Source of the DNA: an uncultured Candidatus Binatia bacterium
GTDB taxonomy: Bacteria > Desulfobacterota > Binatia > UBA9968 > JAJDTQ01
Length of the DNA stretch: 64,000 nt
Reading direction: 5' to 3'
Assembly: GCA_964291295.2 (NCBI GenBank)
Contig: OZ219754.1
Span: 480,001-544,000 of the forward strand
How positions within the stretch are numbered: position 1 is the stretch's first letter; each line of letters opens with the position of its first letter. The position numbers were made by a program, and so were the translations under genes. Under the pieces are notes generated by a model. The model saw only the letters and a program-made list of their open reading frames with translations, was not told the origin of the DNA and ran no database searches. Below, piece by piece: positions 40,975 to 50,693 of this stretch.

Positions 40975-41457
40975 TTACGTCCCAGCTTTCATTTGTTCCG
41001 CGGCCTGCTTTACCGCGTCGACGATGTGCTTGTACCCGGTACAACGGCAGATGTTGCCTTCCAGCCCGTGGCGGATATCCTCTTCCGAGGGGCTCGGGTG
41101 CTCCTGGAGGAGTTGCCGCGTGGCCATGATCATGCCGGGAGTGCAAAAGCCGCACTGGAGGCCGTGACAGTCCCAGAAGGCTTCCTGTATCGGATGCAGC
41201 CCGTCGTCGGTGGCGAGGGATTCGATGGTTTCGACCTCGCACCCGTCCGCCTGCACGGCCAGCAGGGTGCAGGACTTCACCGCCGCCCCGTCCACCATGA
41301 CGGTGCAGGCACCGCACAGGCTGGTCTCGCAACCGATGTGCGTCCCGGTGAGACCGAGCACATCGCGCAGCCAGTGCACCAGCAACAGCCGTGGCTCCAC
41401 TTCCGCCGTCCGGCTCACACCGTTGACGCGAACTTCGATCGTGGTCTTCTTGCGCAT
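40975..41457 (-). CDS. Molybdenum hydroxylase 2Fe-2S subunit (CoxS-like)
   Basis: [26 protein letters not shown]. Confidence 0.93.
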   Translation of the reverse strand: MRKKTTIEVRVNGVSRTAEVEPRLLLVHWLRDVLGLTGTHIGCETSLCGACTVMVDGAAVKSCTLLAVQADGCEVETIESLATDDGLHPIQEAFWDCHGLQCGFCTPGMIMATRQLLQEHPSPSEEDIRHGLEGNICRCTGYKHIVDAVKQAAEQMKAGT

Positions 41458-41480
41458 GGTTCCTTGTCCTCGCTGAAGTC

Positions 41481-41510
41481 AGAATACACCCCGTTCAACC
41501 GCGAGGTCAA
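41481..41510 (-). promoter_or_regulatory. Sigma70-like promoter of the coxSLM-like operon
   Basis: TTGACC-18 nt-TATTCT. Confidence 0.55.
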
Positions 41511-41720
41511 CAAAATTATCGCGTCCGCGTCCGGGCCGCAGCCGACCTGCGCGGCGGCCTCCCGGACCTGCCCGATCCCGGCGACGCCGCCGACGCGGGC
41601 CGCGGCGTCAGGGCTTCTGGCGTTGACGCCGCGGCGGGACTCCGGGAGTTTGTGCCGCGGACGCTCGGGAGGTGGTGGAACGGCTCAGCCGCATCCCGAA
41701 GCCTGCTGCGGCATGCACGC

Positions 41721-42398
41721 CTACTCGGCGCGTCCCGCGGCCCGGCCTTCGAACCGCGCGAGGATCGCGTCGACGTCGACGCCCAGTGCGCGCCCTTCGC
41801 GGACCACGCCTTCCTTCTGGCTGCTCCAGCTCTGGACGAACATGTTCTCCAGAAACGCGCGGTTGCCGGTGTCCTCGGCGAAGCGCGCGAGCTTTGCCAT
41901 GACCATGTCCTCGTGGCCTTCTTCGTCGTCCACGATGTCCTTGGCGAGCTGCCGCACCACCGGATCGGGGGTGACGTCCCTCAGGTGCTCCATGAACACC
42001 ACCGCCGACTTCTCGGCGATGTTGCATAGCCGGAACGCACGCACGTCGCCGGCGAGGAACTGGCCGAAGTAGCCGTCGTAGGCTTCGGCGGGAATGTCGT
42101 CGGCCGCACCGCGGCCGTCGAGGTAGTCCTTGATCAGGGCATGGTGCCGGTACTCGTCGGCCGCCTGTTCGGCCACGTGGGCGCGTTCGTGCGGCTCCAG
42201 TTCGTCGTACTGCAGCAGCGCCCTGGTGAACGCCACCGCATGGGCCAGTTCCTTCTTCGCCTGCCGCTGCATCAGGCCCACGAACGCCGAGGTCCGCGGG
42301 TCCAGTTCCGCCAGCGCCTTGCGGATGGCGATGACAGGCCCTTCCAGCTCATCGTGGTATCGACTCCACAACGATTCGACGAATTCTCTTCCGGTCAT
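41721..42398 (-). CDS. Ferritin-like diiron protein
   Basis: DEYRH and DEEGH ExxH motifs; promoter TTGACA-18-TAGTCT at 42458-42429. Confidence 0.8.
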   Translation of the reverse strand: MTGREFVESLWSRYHDELEGPVIAIRKALAELDPRTSAFVGLMQRQAKKELAHAVAFTRALLQYDELEPHERAHVAEQAADEYRHHALIKDYLDGRGAADDIPAEAYDGYFGQFLAGDVRAFRLCNIAEKSAVVFMEHLRDVTPDPVVRQLAKDIVDDEEGHEDMVMAKLARFAEDTGNRAFLENMFVQSWSSQKEGVVREGRALGVDVDAILARFEGRAAGRAE

Positions 42399-42659
42399 TT
42401 CACCGTTCCTCCGTGTCAGCGCTGATCCAGACTAGCCACCGGGCGGTTGCGGTGTCAATTGCCGGTGTCCGAATTGCCCTTCCCTGCCTTCCCTGCGCCG
42501 GCGCGGGAGCGGCGCAGGGGGCGGGCGCCATCCCGAATTCATGAGGCGCTCCACGAAGGCGGCCTTTGCCGCATGGATACCTGCTGCTACAAGAGGCCCG
42601 AGGGGCGGCGACGGCGGTCCGCGTGGACACGCCGGCGCCGCCCGGAAAGGAGACGCGAC

Positions 42660-43034
42660 ATGGCGGACGACGCACGCAAGACATTCGAGGAAGTGTCCCT
42701 GGGCGCCGCGAACAAGGCTTACGACATCATCGCGAAGCTTGACCCCGAATACTCCCGCCACCTGACGGGGCTGTTCGTCGACGGGACTTTCGGGCGCGAG
42801 GGGGCGCTGGACCGAAAGACCAAGGAGTTGATCATGGTCGGCATCACCTGCGCCTTGAACCGACCCCGCGGCGTTCGACTTCACAGCGAACGGGCGCTCA
42901 AGGTCGGCGCCACGCCACGGCAGATTCTGGAGGCGGTGGAGGTGGCGGCCATACCGGGCGGGATGCCGGGACTGTGGCTCGGCGCCGAGACACTGGACGC
43001 CATCCTGCGCGAGCTGGGCCTGGAATTCAGATGA
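42660..43034 (+). CDS. Carboxymuconolactone decarboxylase/AhpD-like protein
   Basis: LDRKTKELI...HSERALKVGAT..QILEA; GGAG SD. Confidence 0.88.
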   Translation: MADDARKTFEEVSLGAANKAYDIIAKLDPEYSRHLTGLFVDGTFGREGALDRKTKELIMVGITCALNRPRGVRLHSERALKVGATPRQILEAVEVAAIPGGMPGLWLGAETLDAILRELGLEFR

Positions 43035-43155
43035 CCCCGCAGGGCGGATGACCCCGCAGGGGTCGGTCATGACTCGACGATGGAACGGCTGATTCGCGGC
43101 GCGGGCCGGCTGCCGCGCGGGCCGGCTCGAACCCCGCCTGCTGCTTGAATCCCGC

Positions 43156-44208
43156 CTATGGATCGCCGGCGGGCTTTTCCGGGAAAAGCAGTTTGCGGAG
43201 GTGCACGATGATCTTCGGGTCCAGCGCGAACAGCCCCTTGACGGTTTCTTCGATGGACGCGCCGGTCACCGGGCGGACCTCCAACCCCCGGCTGTTGGCC
43301 TCGGCGACGAACGCCGGGTCGGCCACGGTGGCTGCAAACGCCTTGCGCAGCGCGGCCAGCCGCGTGCCGGCGGTCCCGGGAGGAAGCGCGTAGGCGCGCG
43401 CGATCTTCGCCGGGTCATGAACGCCGCTCATGAGGAGCATCCGGTCGTCCGGGGACTGGACCCGATCCAGGGCATTGGGCACCTCGGGCAGATCGGGGTG
43501 GGGCTCCGGCATGGCCTGCAGCACGACCTTGGCCTCTCTGGCGGCGAGCATCTTTCGCCACGCCGTCCTGACCGCCTGCCAGTACCCGCAGCCGCCTTCC
43601 ACCTCCTGGTTCCCGGCGGCCAGACGCACCTGGACCGGACCCCGGTATCCGTAGACAAGCTTGAGAGGCAGACCCAGGACCGCGCCGAGAACCCGCGCCA
43701 TGTTGGTGGTGGCGTCATCGCGGCCGATGCCGCCAAGCCGGACAGGCCGGTTGGCGCCGGCCCAAGCCGCCAGATCGTCGATACCGCTCGCCCTGGTCAG
43801 GACACAGACGGGATGCAGGGTCGAAACCGCACCCACCCAGCCGAAACGCCGGGTGTCGAGCCGGACTTCCCTGCCGCCGAATATCTGGTTGTGGATGATG
43901 TCGCCCGCCCAGTTGCCCACCGTCCGTCCGTCCGGTCTGGCTTCGCGGTAGAGGTACTCGGCGGCGACGACGCCGCCGCCGCCGACCATGTTCCGGACCA
44001 CCACCTCGGGGTGGCCCGGGAGATGGCGGCCAATGTGTCGGGACAGGACACGGGTGTGGTTGTCGAAGACGCTCCCGGCACCGGCGCCCACCACAAAGGT
44101 CAGGGTATGTGTCAGGGCATGTTCCCGTGCCGGGGCGTCCGCGCCGGAGACCGCCTGCAGCGCCAGCATCAGGGCCGCCGCGGAAAGACGGATGGGAAAC
44201 ATCGCCAC
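43156..44208 (-). CDS. Tripartite tricarboxylate transporter substrate-binding protein (Bug/TctC-like)
   Basis: Signal peptide; HLPGHP.VVVRNMVGGGG, PDGRT, ALPPG. Confidence 0.85.
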   Translation of the reverse strand: MAMFPIRLSAAALMLALQAVSGADAPAREHALTHTLTFVVGAGAGSVFDNHTRVLSRHIGRHLPGHPEVVVRNMVGGGGVVAAEYLYREARPDGRTVGNWAGDIIHNQIFGGREVRLDTRRFGWVGAVSTLHPVCVLTRASGIDDLAAWAGANRPVRLGGIGRDDATTNMARVLGAVLGLPLKLVYGYRGPVQVRLAAGNQEVEGGCGYWQAVRTAWRKMLAAREAKVVLQAMPEPHPDLPEVPNALDRVQSPDDRMLLMSGVHDPAKIARAYALPPGTAGTRLAALRKAFAATVADPAFVAEANSRGLEVRPVTGASIEETVKGLFALDPKIIVHLRKLLFPEKPAGDP

Positions 44209-44271
44209 GGTGATCCGCCTCGCGCGTTGTGCAAGAAGGCTCGCTCGGGGGGACGCACGCGGTCTCTTCGG

Positions 44272-45414
44272 TCAGGCCCCGTTCAGCCTTGGCATGACCT
44301 CTTTGTGGAAGAGGTCCAGGGAGTCGATCACCTTGTCATGGGCCAGGTTGCCGATATGGAACATGCCCATGAAATGCTCGGCGCCGATCTGGCTCATCTG
44401 CTGGTTGACCTGCCGCGCCACCGTGTCCGGACTGCCGGCGATGACGAAACCGGTGTCCATGAGCTGCTCCCAACTCATGGGGTGGAAGTTGACCCGCGCC
44501 TCGTTGCCGGGACGGAAGTAGCTGGCGGATCTGGCGCTGACCATGGCCTCCTTGACCTTGCGCTGGTCAACGGCGATGTCCGTCCTGGCTTCGTTGAAGC
44601 CCCGATTCCACAAGGTGAAGAAATACCGCAACGGCGGCTCGGCCACCGCGCGCGCCTGTTGGTCCGTCTCGCCCACGTAGATGTGACGGCAGAGGATGAA
44701 CTTGTCGGGTCCGCTCTCCCGCCCGGCTTCCCCCGCCACCTTGCGGTAGTAGTTGAAGGTGTCCTCGATCTGGTCGACCGTCTGATACACCTGCGCGATG
44801 GGAACCTGACGTTTGACGCACCACTCGATGGATTCCGCGCTGCGCGCCGCCACCCAGATGGGCGGGTGCGGCTGCTGAACCGGTCGTGGCCAGATGGCGC
44901 AATTCTCGAACCGGAAGAACTCTCCCTCGTAGCTCCATACCGGTTCGGTCCAGGCGGTCATGATGACATCGAAGGCTTCGCCGAACCGACCGCGGGACTC
45001 CTGGGGCTTGACGTTGTACCAGAGATACTCCGAGGGAATGCCGCGGACGAACCCCGCAATCAGACGGCCCTCCGACAGACAGTCGATCATGGCGTACTCT
45101 TCCGCCACGCGCACGGGGTGCTGGCGCAGGGGCAGGATGTTGCCGAGCACGCCGATCTTGATGCGGCGGGTCTTCTGGCTCAGGGCGGCGGCGATGAGGT
45201 TCGGCGACGGCATGGTGCCGTAGGCGCTGTAGTGGTGCTCGTTGAACACCACGCCTTCGAACCCCAACTCTTCGCAATAGGCCATCTCCTCCAGGTGCTC
45301 GCGGTAGTTGCGCGAGCCCACCGGGGGATCGAAGTACGAACTCGGAACCGGCGTTCCGGGGACATCCTCCGGGACTTCCGGATAGGCCAACAGGTCGAAG
45401 TTGTAGACTTTCAT
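44272..45414 (-). CDS. Luciferase-like (LLM) flavin-dependent monooxygenase
   Basis: FNEHH, PVRVAEEYAMIDCLSEGR, PRPVQQPHPPIW; promoter TTGACA-18-TAGGCT at 45496-45467. Confidence 0.92.
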   Translation of the reverse strand: MKVYNFDLLAYPEVPEDVPGTPVPSSYFDPPVGSRNYREHLEEMAYCEELGFEGVVFNEHHYSAYGTMPSPNLIAAALSQKTRRIKIGVLGNILPLRQHPVRVAEEYAMIDCLSEGRLIAGFVRGIPSEYLWYNVKPQESRGRFGEAFDVIMTAWTEPVWSYEGEFFRFENCAIWPRPVQQPHPPIWVAARSAESIEWCVKRQVPIAQVYQTVDQIEDTFNYYRKVAGEAGRESGPDKFILCRHIYVGETDQQARAVAEPPLRYFFTLWNRGFNEARTDIAVDQRKVKEAMVSARSASYFRPGNEARVNFHPMSWEQLMDTGFVIAGSPDTVARQVNQQMSQIGAEHFMGMFHIGNLAHDKVIDSLDLFHKEVMPRLNGA

Positions 45415-45509
45415 CAGTATCCATCTCCTTCGCGAGCACGGCCCGGCCGGCGGATCGAAGGGCTCAAGCCTAGTCCCATCCCTCGGCCACTGTCAATCCA
45501 CGCGATGGA

Positions 45510-47522
45510 CTATCCCGTGAACACTTCGACCAGCGTTCCCGGCGGGAACGGAAGGCTCAGCGAATGGACGAAGATCGCGTGGAATCCGCCCCAGGCGAGG
45601 AGCGTCAGAAGGAGACTGACGAGCCATTTCTCTCCGGCCCCGACCTTGAGGAAGAGGAAGGTGCACAGCGGAACCGTGACCGGAAAGCCGAGCAGCCAGA
45701 TGGAGGCGAAGAAGCCGAGGATCCAGCCCACGATGGTCATCGTGCGCCGCACCACCACCGCGTCGGCTGCCGGGACGGCGATGCCGGCCCGCAGCAGTCC
45801 TTTCACGTCGATCCCCACTTGCGCCAGGGCGAGCACGATGCCGGGGAACCCGATGACCCAGGGGAACAGGCTGGCGCGGAATCCCCAGTCCCGGGCCTGC
45901 CACACGCCCCATGCGAATCCGGCCAGGATCACCACGGTGAAGGCGACATGCCAGCCCGTGACGGGCCTGGGCGCTTCGGCGGCCTCGCTCTCCGGTGCGG
46001 GCACGGCGACGGACGTGGACAGAGCTTCCCGTCTGGCATCGCGCCGCCGCTGGTACAACGGGTAGAGGATGCCCGCCAGAATGATCGCGCCGATGACCAA
46101 CACCCCCGGGAAGCCCACCCATGCCCAGCCGTAGTTGTCGGTGGCCAGGAACAGGTTCTTCTCGGCCAGCGAACCCAGCACCAGCCCCAGCAGCAGCGGC
46201 GGCCGCGGCCAGTCGAGCTGCACCATGACCCAGCCCACCAGACCGAAGGCCAGCACCACGATGAGATCCTCGAAGGCGTTGTTCTGGGCGAAGCCGCCCA
46301 GATAGATGAGCACCAGCAGGAACGGCAGCACCAGGCTGCCGCGCACTTCGGTGATGCGCGCGAGCTGTTTCAGGAAGATGAAACAGACCGAGACGGTGAT
46401 GATGTTCGAGACCACCACGATCCACACGAACGAAAACGTCAGATCGAGGTTTCCGCCCTGGCTGGCGGGCATCAGCATGGGCGGTCCCGGCACGAGACCC
46501 TGGATGATGAAGGCCCCCAGCAGGATGGCCATGGTGACGCTGCCCGGCACGCCGAAGGCGATGGTGGGCACCAGGGCGCCTCCGAGGTTCGAGTTGTTGG
46601 CGGCGCCCGGACCCAGCACGCCTTCCACCGCCCCCTTGCCGAAGCGCTCCTTGTCGGGGGAGGTCTGGACAGCGTGAGCGTAAGCGACCCACTGCGACAC
46701 CGCGCCGCCCATGCCCGGAATGATGCCGATGTAGGTACCGATGGCGCTGCAGCGCAGCACCAGGGCCCAGTGGCGAAAGGTATCCCTGACGCCGTCCATG
46801 ACGCCGCCCAGCTTCTCGATCTTCTTCTCCGAGATGCTCGAACCCTTGACCCAGAGTTCGACCACCTCCGGAATCGCGAACAAGCCCAGGGTCACGGGAA
46901 CCAGCTTGATGCCGTCCCAGAGATAGAGGCTGTCGAAGGTGAAGCGCTCGATGCTGGAAATCGGATCGAGTCCCACGGTGGCGAGCATGAGTCCGATGGC
47001 CGCGGCGGTGAGCCCCCTGATGATGGCCTCACCGCTCAGGGCAGCCAGAAAGGTGACCCCCAGCAGCGCCAGCATGAAGAACTCCGGCGATCCGATGGCA
47101 AGCACCAGCGGGCGGACGATGGGAATGGCCAGAGCCAGGGCAAAGGCGCCGAAGATGGCCCCCACCAGAGAACTCATGAGCGACGCCCCCAGAGCGCGCC
47201 CGGCCTCGCCCTTCTTGGCCATGGGATGACCGTCGACAATGGTGGACGCGGTAATGGCCTCGCCGGGAATGCCGAACAGGATGGAGGTGATGTCGCCGGT
47301 GGTTGCGGTAACGGCGGACATGCCGAGCAGGAAGGCGAAGGCTTCCACCGCCTCCATCTTGAAGATGAATGGCAGCATCAACGCCAGCGTGACGGGTCCG
47401 CCGAGTCCGGGAAGGATGCCCACGGCGAACCCGATCACGATACCCAGCATCATGAGCGTGAAGGTCGTGGCCGTGAAGACTTGTGCCAAGCCTCCGGCAA
47501 AGGCCTGAAGCATTTCACCCAT
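45510..47522 (-). CDS. TTT permease, TctA with C-terminal TctB-like fusion
   Basis: GILPGLG, GIPG, AANN, GVPGS TctA motifs, plus about 150 extra residues with 4 TM helices ending LSLPFPPG. Confidence 0.88.
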   Translation of the reverse strand: MGEMLQAFAGGLAQVFTATTFTLMMLGIVIGFAVGILPGLGGPVTLALMLPFIFKMEAVEAFAFLLGMSAVTATTGDITSILFGIPGEAITASTIVDGHPMAKKGEAGRALGASLMSSLVGAIFGAFALALAIPIVRPLVLAIGSPEFFMLALLGVTFLAALSGEAIIRGLTAAAIGLMLATVGLDPISSIERFTFDSLYLWDGIKLVPVTLGLFAIPEVVELWVKGSSISEKKIEKLGGVMDGVRDTFRHWALVLRCSAIGTYIGIIPGMGGAVSQWVAYAHAVQTSPDKERFGKGAVEGVLGPGAANNSNLGGALVPTIAFGVPGSVTMAILLGAFIIQGLVPGPPMLMPASQGGNLDLTFSFVWIVVVSNIITVSVCFIFLKQLARITEVRGSLVLPFLLVLIYLGGFAQNNAFEDLIVVLAFGLVGWVMVQLDWPRPPLLLGLVLGSLAEKNLFLATDNYGWAWVGFPGVLVIGAIILAGILYPLYQRRRDARREALSTSVAVPAPESEAAEAPRPVTGWHVAFTVVILAGFAWGVWQARDWGFRASLFPWVIGFPGIVLALAQVGIDVKGLLRAGIAVPAADAVVVRRTMTIVGWILGFFASIWLLGFPVTVPLCTFLFLKVGAGEKWLVSLLLTLLAWGGFHAIFVHSLSLPFPPGTLVEVFTG

Positions 47523-47797
47523 GGTCGTCGGCTTTCAGTGGAGAGAGGTTCCCCGGGTCGGAGGTTCAACCGGGTCGGAACTTCGCCCGGGCGGTCGGGA
47601 AGGATCGATCAGGAACTCGCTTTCGAAACTTGAAATCGAAACCCGAAATAATGCGCGGTGACTTGGCGCGGTCACCAACGCGCCGTGACGAGCGGCGGCC
47701 TGCAATGCGCCGGCCGCGCATGGAACCGTCCGCCGGCGCATGCGCCCGGGCGCGGCCGGGGGACGGTTCCTCCATTCGATTCGCAACTGCTTCGCAA

Positions 47798-48856
47798 CTA
47801 CTTCTTCGCCAGGAGGACGTCCTTCAACAAGGACAGCGTGCTGTCATCCATGGCGTAGATGCCGTTCATCTTCTTCGCCACCCATTCGCCGCCGTGGGGG
47901 TTCACTTCCAGCTTCGACTTCTCGGCGTTGGCCAGCAACTCGGGGTCCGCCAAGGTGGCCATGAACGCCTTCTGAAGCGTCCTGACCCGGTCCGCGGGCA
48001 CTCCCGGCGGCAGGCTGTAGGGCCGTGCCACGGCGCGGTAGACATCGGCGGCCACTTCCAGGAGCTTCATGCCGGTTTCACCCTTGGCCAGACCGGTCGC
48101 CACGGGCACGTTCATGAGTTCCGGGTGTTTGTCGGGGCCCACCTGGAGAACCGGCTTGACATTGCCGCTCTCGATGCCCTGCCTCCAGGTCGGCTTGATC
48201 GACTGCCACGCCCAGCAGCCGCCGTCCAGTTCGCCCTTCTCCGCCGACACCCGTATGATCGCCGTACCGGAATAACCCTCGACGACCTTCATCGGCAGAC
48301 CCGTTGCCGCCTTGAGCAGCTTGGGCACGTCATCGGTGGTGGAGCCCGGTGCGGTGGCGCCGATCTTGATGGGCCTCTTGGAGTTGATCCAATCTTCGAT
48401 GCTGTTGATGCCGCTGGCCTTGGTGAGCGCGCACACGTTGTCGTCGGTGGACGGCACACCCAGCCAGTTGAACTTGCGGCCGTCGAACTGGACTCCCCTC
48501 TTGCCGAGAACGTGCTGCAGCACCAGCGGGCCGATCCAGTTGCCGACGGTCAGACCGTCCGGCTTGGCCTTGTTGTAGAGGTAGTTGGCGGCGATCAGGC
48601 TGCCCGCGCCGGTGCGGTTCTGAACCACCGTCCTGGGGTTGCCGGGAACGTGTTTGCCGAAGTGGCGGGCAATGAGGCGCGTGTAGGTATCGAAACCGCC
48701 ACCTGGCGAGAAGCCCACCACGAAACGAATGGTCTTGCCCTTGAAAAAGTCGTCCGCTCCCATGGAGAGCGACGGGACCAATGCAAGAACCAGCAACGCG
48801 AGCATGGCCCTGCACAAAAATCGACCGGACATTCGATCGAACATGACACTGAACAT
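47798..48856 (-). CDS. TTT substrate-binding protein (Bug/TctC-like)
   Basis: FFKGKTIRFVVGFSPGGGFD, VPGNP, GAGS, KPDGLT; GGAGG SD before ATG 48856. Confidence 0.92.
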   Translation of the reverse strand: MFSVMFDRMSGRFLCRAMLALLVLALVPSLSMGADDFFKGKTIRFVVGFSPGGGFDTYTRLIARHFGKHVPGNPRTVVQNRTGAGSLIAANYLYNKAKPDGLTVGNWIGPLVLQHVLGKRGVQFDGRKFNWLGVPSTDDNVCALTKASGINSIEDWINSKRPIKIGATAPGSTTDDVPKLLKAATGLPMKVVEGYSGTAIIRVSAEKGELDGGCWAWQSIKPTWRQGIESGNVKPVLQVGPDKHPELMNVPVATGLAKGETGMKLLEVAADVYRAVARPYSLPPGVPADRVRTLQKAFMATLADPELLANAEKSKLEVNPHGGEWVAKKMNGIYAMDDSTLSLLKDVLLAKK

Positions 48857-48989
48857 AACGAGCCTCCCATGCGTCGTCGGACGCCGCAATGACACCAAAC
48901 CTTCCCTTGTTTCACAAATCCGGGCCAAAGAAAAGGGCGAATGGGGAAAAATTTGCCAGGATGCGACCGCGTACCCATCCCCGGGGGGG

Positions 48990-49030
48990 TTGACCTCGGA
49001 GTGGACAGGCATTAAAGTGAGCGAACGCTC
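48990..49030 (+). promoter_or_regulatory. Promoter plus palindromic operator upstream of the boxB-like operon
   Basis: TTGACC-17 nt-TAAAGT followed at once by the inverted repeat GAGCG-AA-CGCTC. Confidence 0.55.
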
Positions 49031-49122
49031 GTTTGGTAGATTGCGAAAACGGAAACCGGTACTGACGAGGGAAACCGACAAGGGAATTGTCAAGAGAACT
49101 GGCGAGGGAAAAGGCGAGAGAG

Positions 49123-50223
49123 ATGACGAGAATATCGAATTTCGACGACTGGATCGACTGCTTCAGGGAATGGCAGCGGGACATCGGCTATGACGCCGAC
49201 CTGCTGGGCGGCTACAGGTTCGAGACGAAGCTGGGCGAGTTGCATGGCGACGATATCGAGTTCGGCGACTACCAGGGCAAGGCCAAGTGGGAGCGGGTGG
49301 GCCAGATACCGAACCAGTCCATCCGGGACGCCCTGCTCACCCTCATCGTCTATCAGGGCGACACCGAGTTCGCCTCCGTCGAGCAGCAGAAGAACCTGCT
49401 CGACAACGCTCCCACCGAATACGATCGCCAGGCGCTGATACGCATCAACAGCGACGAGATGCGGCACGGCTGGCAGATGTGTTACCTGCTGATCAAATAT
49501 TTCGGCGACACCGGCAAACTGGAGGCGCGCAAGCTTCTGGAGCGCCGGGCCAGCGAGCGGAAGCGCCTGCTGGGGTCGTTCAACCAGCCGGTGCACAACT
49601 GGCTGGACTTCTTCACCTACACCCAGTTCGTGGACCGGGACGGCAAGTTCCAGCTCACCATGCTCAGCCACTCCGCCTTTGCGCCGCTGGCGCGCAGCGT
49701 CTCGGCCATGCTGAAGGAGGAGTTCTTCCACATGTTCACCGGAAACACCGGCCTCACCCGCATCGTCAGGGCGAACCGGATCCCGCCGCGGATCATTCAG
49801 AAGTATTTCAACAAGTGGCTGTCCACCGCCTATGACCTCTTCGGCACCGACGACTCCTCGTCGGCGCATTGGGCCTACGTCTGGGGCCTCAAGGGCCGCT
49901 TTGACGAGGCCACCGCCGGCGAGCCCGCGGACAAGGCAAGGCTCAACGAGCTGGCTCGCCATCGATATCTCGACGAGTGCCGGGGGTTGGTGGACAATCT
50001 CAACCGCTTCCTGCCCGACGGCGCACCCGGCCTCCGGGTTCCGGACGTCAGGTTCAACCGCTCCATCGGCGACCACGCCGGCATGCCCTACAGCGTTGAC
50101 GGCGACTTGCTCTCCGAAACGGAATATGAGAAACACCTTCTCGAGGTGCTTCCCGGCACCGAGGACGATTTCGTCCTGAACGAGATATTCAAGGACAAGG
50201 ACTGGGTTCTTCAGATGAACTAG
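49123..50223 (+). CDS. BoxB/PaaA-family diiron aryl-CoA epoxidase subunit
   Basis: QGDTEFASVEQQ, DEMRH, FVDRDGKFQL, MLKEEFFHMFTG, closely matching BoxB motifs but shorter (about 366 aa). Confidence 0.85.
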   Translation: MTRISNFDDWIDCFREWQRDIGYDADLLGGYRFETKLGELHGDDIEFGDYQGKAKWERVGQIPNQSIRDALLTLIVYQGDTEFASVEQQKNLLDNAPTEYDRQALIRINSDEMRHGWQMCYLLIKYFGDTGKLEARKLLERRASERKRLLGSFNQPVHNWLDFFTYTQFVDRDGKFQLTMLSHSAFAPLARSVSAMLKEEFFHMFTGNTGLTRIVRANRIPPRIIQKYFNKWLSTAYDLFGTDDSSSAHWAYVWGLKGRFDEATAGEPADKARLNELARHRYLDECRGLVDNLNRFLPDGAPGLRVPDVRFNRSIGDHAGMPYSVDGDLLSETEYEKHLLEVLPGTEDDFVLNEIFKDKDWVLQMN

Positions 50224-50364
50224 CCGTTACGACCCGGTCGCCGCGAACGGGTTGCCTCATCGACGGGTTGCCTCATCGTCCTGGACGAAGAATCCCGTGA
50301 AAGACCCGTGGCTGCCGTGCGGTCTCCGTGCGGTTCTTGTCCCGTCCCGAGCAAGGAGAACCCC

Positions 50365-50688
50365 GTGAATCGTTTTTGCCTCGTCTGTCAGAATGTCGAC
50401 TGCAAGAGTCGAGGCTCCGAAGAGTTGATGCAGGAGCTGCAGGAACGGGTGGCGGCCAAGGGGCTGGACGACGTGGAGGTGCGTTCGTACATGTGTTTCG
50501 GTGCCTGCCAGGACGGCCCCAACCTGGTCATCTATCCGGACAAGTGCTGGTACGCCGGGGCCACGAAAGCGGATGTCGATGACATCGTCGAACACCTGGC
50601 CGGCGGCCCGCCCGTGGAGCGGCTGGACAAGGTCGACCCTTCGCTCAAGGAACTCATCTACCAATTGCTCGACACCGGGGTCTTTTAG
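50365..50688 (+). CDS. Thioredoxin-like [2Fe-2S] ferredoxin (NuoE-like)
   Basis: CQNVDC...CFGACQDGPN; AAGGAG SD before GTG 50365. Confidence 0.88.
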   Translation: MNRFCLVCQNVDCKSRGSEELMQELQERVAAKGLDDVEVRSYMCFGACQDGPNLVIYPDKCWYAGATKADVDDIVEHLAGGPPVERLDKVDPSLKELIYQLLDTGVF

Positions 50689-50693
50689 CCGCC

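Noticed and set aside
37768-41457. Authentic aerobic CO dehydrogenase
   Set aside because: AYRGAGR loop, S-L-M order and no coxDEFG: form II / unknown-substrate hydroxylase.
43030-43062. Short tandem duplications (GATGACCCCGCAGGG twice; also ACGGGTTGCCTCATCG twice near 50247-50278)
   Set aside because: Two-copy duplications just after stop codons with no further structure.
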